Below the pieces are notes generated by a model. The model had not been told where the DNA came from. It saw nothing but the letters and a program-made list of their open reading frames with translations, and made no database searches. Below, one piece after another: positions 58,789 to 64,000 of a DNA stretch of 64,000 nucleotides. Location of the stretch: assembly GCA_902475245.1 (NCBI GenBank), contig CABRYP010000004.1, forward strand, positions 18,482 through 82,481, written 5' to 3'. The stretch is from an uncultured Collinsella sp. (GTDB lineage Bacteria > Actinomycetota > Coriobacteriia > Coriobacteriales > Coriobacteriaceae). Each line of letters begins with the position of its first letter. Positions within the stretch are counted from its first letter, which is position 1. The translations under genes were made by a program, and so were the position numbers.

Positions 58789-60225
58789 ATGAATCAGGTG
58801 GAGCAGAGCGTTGCCGAGTATGTCGACGAGGTTTGGGAAGATGTCGTCGCCGATATCGAGCAGCTGGTGAGCTATCCGTCTGTGGCTATTGCTGCCGATG
58901 CAGAGCCCGGTGCGCCGTTTGGCCGTCCGGTCCGTGATGCGCTCGATTGCGCGCTCGGCATTGCGCAAAAGCTCGGCTACCAGACGAGCGATGACGAGGG
59001 CTTTGTGGGCATCGCCGATATCCCGGGCCGCGGTGATAAGCAGCTTGCGACCATTTGCCATGTGGACGTGGTGCCCGCCGGTCCCGGCTGGAACACCGAC
59101 CCGTTTGCGATGGAGCGTCGCGAGGGCTGGCTGCTCGGCCGTGGCGTGATCGACGACAAGGGCCCGGCGGTGTTGTCGCTCTACGCTGGCGCTTATCTGC
59201 TCAAACACGGCATTGTGCCACGCTATACCTTCCGCGCGCTGCTGGGCTGCGATGAGGAAGTTGGCATGTCCGACGTTCATCATTATCTGGAGAACTACCC
59301 CAACCCAGACTTTCTGTTTACGCCCGATGCCGAGTTCCCGGTCTGCAATGCCGAGAAGGGCCAGTTTGGGGCGACGTTTGTGAGCTCCAAGATCGACGGC
59401 GGGCGCATTGTGTCCTGGAGCGGTGCCGAGGCGAGCAACGCCATTCCGTCGCAGTCTATCTGCGAGCTTGCGATTGCCGCCGATGAGCTGCCGGCACCCG
59501 CTGAGAATGCCGACCGCCTGGAGATCACCGCACTCGATAACGGGCATGCGCAGATTTTCGCCCACGGCATTGGCGGTCATGCCTCGATGCCCGAGGGAAC
59601 GATCAATGCCGTCGGCCTCATCGTGGCGTATCTGCGTGAGGCCGAGGACGCGTTTGGTGCGCGCGATGAGCGCCTGCTGACGCCTGCCGAGCATGAGTTT
59701 GTCAAGTTTCTGGCCTTTGTGCATGCGGACGCCTATGGTCGCGGCCTGGGTATCGATGCGACGAGCGCGGCGTTTGGCCCGCTCACGTGCAACCCCGGCG
59801 TCATCCGTGTGGCGGATGGCCATATCGAGCAGGTCATCGACGTGCGCTTCCCCGATAGCACCAGCGCCGATACCATCTGCGAGCAGCTTGAGCCGCTCGT
59901 GGGCCGCTTTGGTGTGACGTATCGCGTGGGTCGTGCCAAGGTGCCGTTCTCGGTCTCTGCCGACGATCCGGCCGTGAAGGCGCTTATCGATACCTATAAC
60001 GAGTTTACGGGCAAGCATGCCGAGCCCTTTGCCATGGGCGGCGGCACGTACGCGCGCAACTTTGCCCGCGCCGTATCGTTTGGCCCCGAGGAGACCGGCC
60101 TGGAGCTGCCCGCATGGGGCGGCCAGATGCACGGCCCCAACGAGTGCGCCAACGAGGAGCAGCTCAAGCAAGCACTCAAGATTTACATCGTGGCAATCCT
60201 GCGCCTCAACGAGCTCGAACTTTAA
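58789..60225 (+). CDS. pepV: M20 family dipeptidase (PepV/Sapep-like)
   Basis: 'HVDVVP', 'GRGVIDDKGP', 'DEE', 'PDAEFP..NAEKG', 'GGGTYAR', 'H..NE'. Confidence 0.88.
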   Translation: MNQVEQSVAEYVDEVWEDVVADIEQLVSYPSVAIAADAEPGAPFGRPVRDALDCALGIAQKLGYQTSDDEGFVGIADIPGRGDKQLATICHVDVVPAGPGWNTDPFAMERREGWLLGRGVIDDKGPAVLSLYAGAYLLKHGIVPRYTFRALLGCDEEVGMSDVHHYLENYPNPDFLFTPDAEFPVCNAEKGQFGATFVSSKIDGGRIVSWSGAEASNAIPSQSICELAIAADELPAPAENADRLEITALDNGHAQIFAHGIGGHASMPEGTINAVGLIVAYLREAEDAFGARDERLLTPAEHEFVKFLAFVHADAYGRGLGIDATSAAFGPLTCNPGVIRVADGHIEQVIDVRFPDSTSADTICEQLEPLVGRFGVTYRVGRAKVPFSVSADDPAVKALIDTYNEFTGKHAEPFAMGGGTYARNFARAVSFGPEETGLELPAWGGQMHGPNECANEEQLKQALKIYIVAILRLNELEL

Positions 60226-60246
60226 GATTACGCGGTTTCCCAATCT

Positions 60247-60316
60247 AAGTTGCGGTGGAATAGTTCCTAGAAGGGGGCCATTTGACGGCCAAACAGGAAC
60301 TATTTCACCGCAACTT
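60247..60316. repeat. REP-like palindrome, TTGCGGTG..CACCGCAA family, copy 3
   Basis: AAGTTGCGGTGGAATAGTTCCT..AGGAACTATTTCACCGCAACTT. Confidence 0.85.
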
Positions 60317-60519
60317 CGTTTTTATTGGTGTAAAAGGCGGGTCATGTTTGGCGGCGGGATTGTTATTCGTTTGTAAAGCCGAGCCGCGTTTGCGGTAAGG
60401 GTCTATCAGATGCCCGTAAGAAACCGCAGTTGACGCGGGCGCTGCCCGGTTGGGGCCGTATCTTTCCAAACAGCAAAGCGGGCAGGGTGCCCGCGAGTCG
60501 CATGTACGAAAGGAAGATC

Positions 60520-61458
60520 ATGCTCGATCAGGCTTATTCTCGTCGTCAGTTCCTCGGCCTCGCTGGTGGTCTTGCCAGCATCGTCGGCCTCGGTCTCGTT
60601 GGTTGCGGTGGCGCAGGCGCTCCCAGCGCCGCTGACAAGGGTAGCGCCGCTGCTGCCGAGTCCGTCTCCGGCGAGGTGACCTACGACGGTGCCTCCTCGT
60701 TCCAGGCTCTCGTCGAGGCCGCTGCCGAGAAGTTCATGGATGCCAACCCGGACGTCTCCGTCTCCGGCTCGGGCAACGGTTCGGGCAAGGGCCTGACCGC
60801 TGTCGCCGCCGGCACCGTCACCATCGGTAACTCCGACGTCTTCGCCGAGACCAAGCTCGAGGCCGACCAGGTCAAGAACCTCGTCGACCACGAGGTCGCC
60901 GTCGTGGGCATGGGCCCCGTCGTTTCCAAGAACGTGAAGGTCGACGACCTGTCCCTTGAGCAGCTCAAGGGCATCTTCTCCGGCCAGATCACCAACTGGA
61001 AGGAGGTCGGCGGCGACGACGCCACCATCGTTGTTCTCAACCGCAAGGCCGGCTCCGGCACCCGCGCTACCTTCGAGGCCGCCGTCTTTGGCGACGAGGC
61101 CGTCGACTTTAAGGGCGACGCCGAGCTCGACAAGTCCGGCGATGTCCAGACTCAGATGGGCAGCACCGACAACGCCATCTCCTACCTGGACTTCTCGCAC
61201 TTCGATGACTCCAAGTTCAACGCCATCAAGGTCGAGGGCGTGGAGCCCAAGAGCGCAAACGTCACTGACGACTCCTTTAAGATCTGGGCTACCGAGCACA
61301 TGTACTGCGCCAAGGACGCCGACGAGGCCACCAAGGCCTTCCTGGACTTTATGCTTTCCGACGACGTCCAGGGCAAACTTGTCGAGGAGCAGGGCTTTAT
61401 CCCCGTCTCTGCCATGAAGGTCGTCAAGGACGCCAGCGGCAAGGTCTCCGCTAAATAG
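60520..61458 (+). CDS. pstS: Phosphate ABC transporter substrate-binding lipoprotein (Tat-type leader)
   Basis: 'SRRQFL..LVGC'; 'GSGKG', 'IGNSD', 'ITNWKEVGG', 'R..GSGTRATF'. Confidence 0.93.
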   Translation: MLDQAYSRRQFLGLAGGLASIVGLGLVGCGGAGAPSAADKGSAAAAESVSGEVTYDGASSFQALVEAAAEKFMDANPDVSVSGSGNGSGKGLTAVAAGTVTIGNSDVFAETKLEADQVKNLVDHEVAVVGMGPVVSKNVKVDDLSLEQLKGIFSGQITNWKEVGGDDATIVVLNRKAGSGTRATFEAAVFGDEAVDFKGDAELDKSGDVQTQMGSTDNAISYLDFSHFDDSKFNAIKVEGVEPKSANVTDDSFKIWATEHMYCAKDADEATKAFLDFMLSDDVQGKLVEEQGFIPVSAMKVVKDASGKVSAK

Positions 61459-61483
61459 GTAATCGCCCCCGGAAAGGTTTGCA

Positions 61484-62392
61484 ATGGCAAAACAGCTGCC
61501 AAAGCGCGACCTTGAGAACGTGGGCCTGGGCGTCACGGGTGCGTGCGCAGCGCTCGTGACGCTTGTCGTTGCCGCACTCATCTTTATGGTCGCCCAAAAG
61601 GGCCTCTCGGCTTTTCTCAAGGACGGCGTTTCGGTCGTCGAGTTCTTCACCGGCACCAAGTGGGACCTGGCCAACACAGCCGAAAACGGCCTGCCCTATA
61701 CCGGCGCCCTGCCCCTGATCGTCACCTCGTTTGCGGTCATGGTACTCTCCACGATCATTGCGCTGCCCATCGCCATCGGCTCTGCCATCTTTGCAGTCGA
61801 GATTAGCCCTAAGTTTGGTTCCAAGGTCTTTCAGCCGCTTATTGAGCTTTTGACCGGCATTCCCTCGGTCGTCTTTGGCCTGATCGGTTTTCACGTGGTC
61901 GTCGGTCTTATGAAGAGCGTTTTCCACGTGAGTACGGGCTTGGGCATCTTGCCCGGCGCCATCGTGCTGGCCGTCATGATCCTGCCGACCATGACCACGC
62001 TTTCGGTCGATGGCCTGCGCGCCGTGCCCGACAGCTACCGTCAGGGTTCGCTCGCGCTGGGCTACACCCGCTGGCAGACCATCTGGCACGTGGTGCTCAA
62101 GTCCGCCATGCCGTCGCTCATGACTGCAGTCATCCTTGGCATGACGCGTGCCTTTGGCGAGACGCTCGCCGTGCGCATGGTCATCGGCGGTATCGAGGCC
62201 ATGCCGACGTCGCTGCTGTCGCCGGCGTCCACCATCACCACCACGCTCACCACGTCCATGGCGGTCTATGCCGAGGGCTCGGCCCAGGACGATGTTCTGT
62301 GGGCACTCGGCCTGCTGCTGATGGGCATGAGCCTCATCTTCATCCTGATCATCCATCTCATTGGCCGCAAGGGGGCGAAGGCTCGTGGCTAG
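61484..62392 (+). CDS. pstC: Phosphate ABC transporter permease PstC
   Basis: 'ELL.GIPSVVFG', 'MILPT', 'RAFGETLAV.MV'. Confidence 0.94.
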   Translation: MAKQLPKRDLENVGLGVTGACAALVTLVVAALIFMVAQKGLSAFLKDGVSVVEFFTGTKWDLANTAENGLPYTGALPLIVTSFAVMVLSTIIALPIAIGSAIFAVEISPKFGSKVFQPLIELLTGIPSVVFGLIGFHVVVGLMKSVFHVSTGLGILPGAIVLAVMILPTMTTLSVDGLRAVPDSYRQGSLALGYTRWQTIWHVVLKSAMPSLMTAVILGMTRAFGETLAVRMVIGGIEAMPTSLLSPASTITTTLTTSMAVYAEGSAQDDVLWALGLLLMGMSLIFILIIHLIGRKGAKARG

Positions 62393-63311
62393 CACGCGCA
62401 TCCACGTCGACGAGGCGAGACTCGGGCGTGTCCAAAAACAGGATCGCATCGCCACGGGCGTGCTGACGGCGATCGTCGCCATCGTCATGCTCGTCGTTGT
62501 CTCCATGGTGGCCTATATTCTGTTCGAGGGCATCTCGACGCTGTTTCAGCCAGGATTTCTCACGCAGCCCGCGCGCGCCAACGGAACCCAGGGCGGCGTG
62601 CTCTACCAACTGTTCGACTCGTTCTATCTGTTGCTGATCACCCTAGTCATCTCGGTGCCCATCAGCTTGGGTGGCGCGGTCTTCCTGGTCGAGTACTCAC
62701 CCGACGGACCCATCCGCGACATCGCCTCCACCGCCATCGAGACGCTGTCCTCGCTGCCGTCCATCGTCGTCGGCATGTTCGGCTTTCTGGTGTTCTCGGT
62801 GCAGCTGGGCTGGAAGTACTCCATCATCTCCGGCGCCGTCGCGCTCACCATGTTCAATATCCCCATCCTGGTGCGCGTGATCCAGCAGGCGCTCGAGGAC
62901 GTGCCGCAGGCCCAGCGCGATGCGTGCCTGGCCATGGGCCTTACCCGCTGGGAGGCTACGCTGCACATCTTGATTCCCGAGGCCATGCCCGCCATCGTGA
63001 CCGGCATCGTGCTTTCGGCTGGCCGCGTGTTTGGCGAGGCCGCGGCGCTGCTCTTTACCTCGGGCATGAGCTCGCCGGTGCGTCTGAACTTCTTGAGCTT
63101 TAACCTGTCGAGCCCCACCTGCGCCTGGAACGTGTTCCGTCCCGGCGAGTCGCTCGCCGTGCACATCTACAAGATTTACGGCGAGGGCAGCCCCGAGGCT
63201 CAGCAGATCGTCTGGGGCACCGCCGCACTGCTGATGATCTGCGTGCTGCTGTTTAACGTAGTCGCCCGTATCGTGGGCAAACAACTGGCAAGGAAGATGA
63301 CGGCCGAATGA
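62385..63311 (+). CDS. pstA: Phosphate ABC transporter permease PstA
   Basis: 'LSSLPSIVVGMFG', 'GRVFGEAAALLFT'; GTG start overlapping pstC. Confidence 0.94.
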   Translation: MASTRIHVDEARLGRVQKQDRIATGVLTAIVAIVMLVVVSMVAYILFEGISTLFQPGFLTQPARANGTQGGVLYQLFDSFYLLLITLVISVPISLGGAVFLVEYSPDGPIRDIASTAIETLSSLPSIVVGMFGFLVFSVQLGWKYSIISGAVALTMFNIPILVRVIQQALEDVPQAQRDACLAMGLTRWEATLHILIPEAMPAIVTGIVLSAGRVFGEAAALLFTSGMSSPVRLNFLSFNLSSPTCAWNVFRPGESLAVHIYKIYGEGSPEAQQIVWGTAALLMICVLLFNVVARIVGKQLARKMTAE

Positions 63312-64000
63312 GCGAGATGAAAGCAACGCCCGCAACCGAAGCGGTATCGTTCGAGACCCAGGACTTCCTGTCGAGCGTGGGGGAGAGCGAGAAGCGCGTG
63401 CGCGCGAGCGGCAAGGCTGTGAGCGACGAGGTCGTGCTCTCCACCAAGGAGGTCAACGTGTACTATGGCGACCACCATGCCCTGCACAATACGTCGCTCG
63501 ACTTTCACAAGGGCGAGATCACAGCGCTCATCGGGCCTTCGGGCTGCGGTAAGTCGACTTTTTTGCGCAGCCTCAACCTTATGAATCGCGAGATTCGCGG
63601 CTGCCGCGTGGAGGGCGAGATCAACTACCGCGGGCGCAACGTGAACACCAAGACCGAAAACACGTACGAGCTGCGTCGTTCCATTGGCATGGTGTTCCAG
63701 CAGCCCAACCCTTTCCGCAAGTCCATTCGCGACAACATTACGTTTGCGCCCAGGCGTCACGGCACTACCGACCGCGACGAGCTTGATCGTATGGTCGAGG
63801 AAAGTCTGCGTGGTGCGGCGCTGTGGGACGAGGTCAAGGACAAGCTCGACAAGAGCGCCTACGCGCTTTCGGGCGGCCAGCAGCAGCGTCTGTGCATCGC
63901 GCGCACGCTGGCGCTCAACCCCGACGTGATCCTGTTTGACGAGCCCTGCTCGGCGCTCGACCCCATCTCGACGCTGGCGATCGAGGACCTCATGTCATCG
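63308..64000 (+). CDS. pstB: Phosphate ABC transporter ATPase PstB (3' truncated by window; not in ORF track)
   Basis: Manual translation from ATG 63308: 'LIGPSGCGKST', 'GMVFQQPNPF', 'LSGGQQQRLCIAR', 'DEPCSALDP'. Confidence 0.94.
   Translation, partial: MSEMKATPATEAVSFETQDFLSSVGESEKRVRASGKAVSDEVVLSTKEVNVYYGDHHALHNTSLDFHKGEITALIGPSGCGKSTFLRSLNLMNREIRGCRVEGEINYRGRNVNTKTENTYELRRSIGMVFQQPNPFRKSIRDNITFAPRRHGTTDRDELDRMVEESLRGAALWDEVKDKLDKSAYALSGGQQQRLCIARTLALNPDVILFDEPCSALDPISTLAIEDLMSS

Overview
GC-rich window from a Coriobacteriia gut bacterium, probably Collinsella-like (inferred from gene content and codon style, not from a database search). The housekeeping backbone includes the 3' end of dnaE, a SWIM-SNF2 helicase, superoxide reductase, a degenerate NadE-like gene, ruvCAB with a LexA box, fhs, fchA-folD, a C69 dipeptidase, a UbiB kinase, gtrA x2, class-3 fbp, degV x2, an rRNA m5C methyltransferase, metG, queH-queA and tgt, a LOG protein, a relB/yafQ toxin-antitoxin pair, a HAD hydrolase, pepV and pstSCAB (partial). 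An accessory stretch at about 13.7-23.8 kb carries a Zn-ribbon protein, a possible abiF-like RNA with a decayed Abi gene, an ADP-ribosylglycohydrolase, a YhcG/DUF1016 nuclease, a Tat-exported sortase-type PI-PLC and duplicated lipoproteins. The most notable features are: (1) an intact IS110/IS1111-type element whose 3' non-coding end contains sequences matching both its own circle junction and its insertion site (bridge/seek RNA signature); (2) the site it targets, a long co-varying structured repeat present twice in the window; (3) a cobalamin riboswitch upstream of a ~2000-aa surface protein with four DUF4430/transcobalamin-like domains plus a partner DUF4430 protein; (4) a likely bile-acid 12alpha-HSDH; (5) several families of intergenic palindromic repeats. 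No rRNA, tRNA or CRISPR array was seen.
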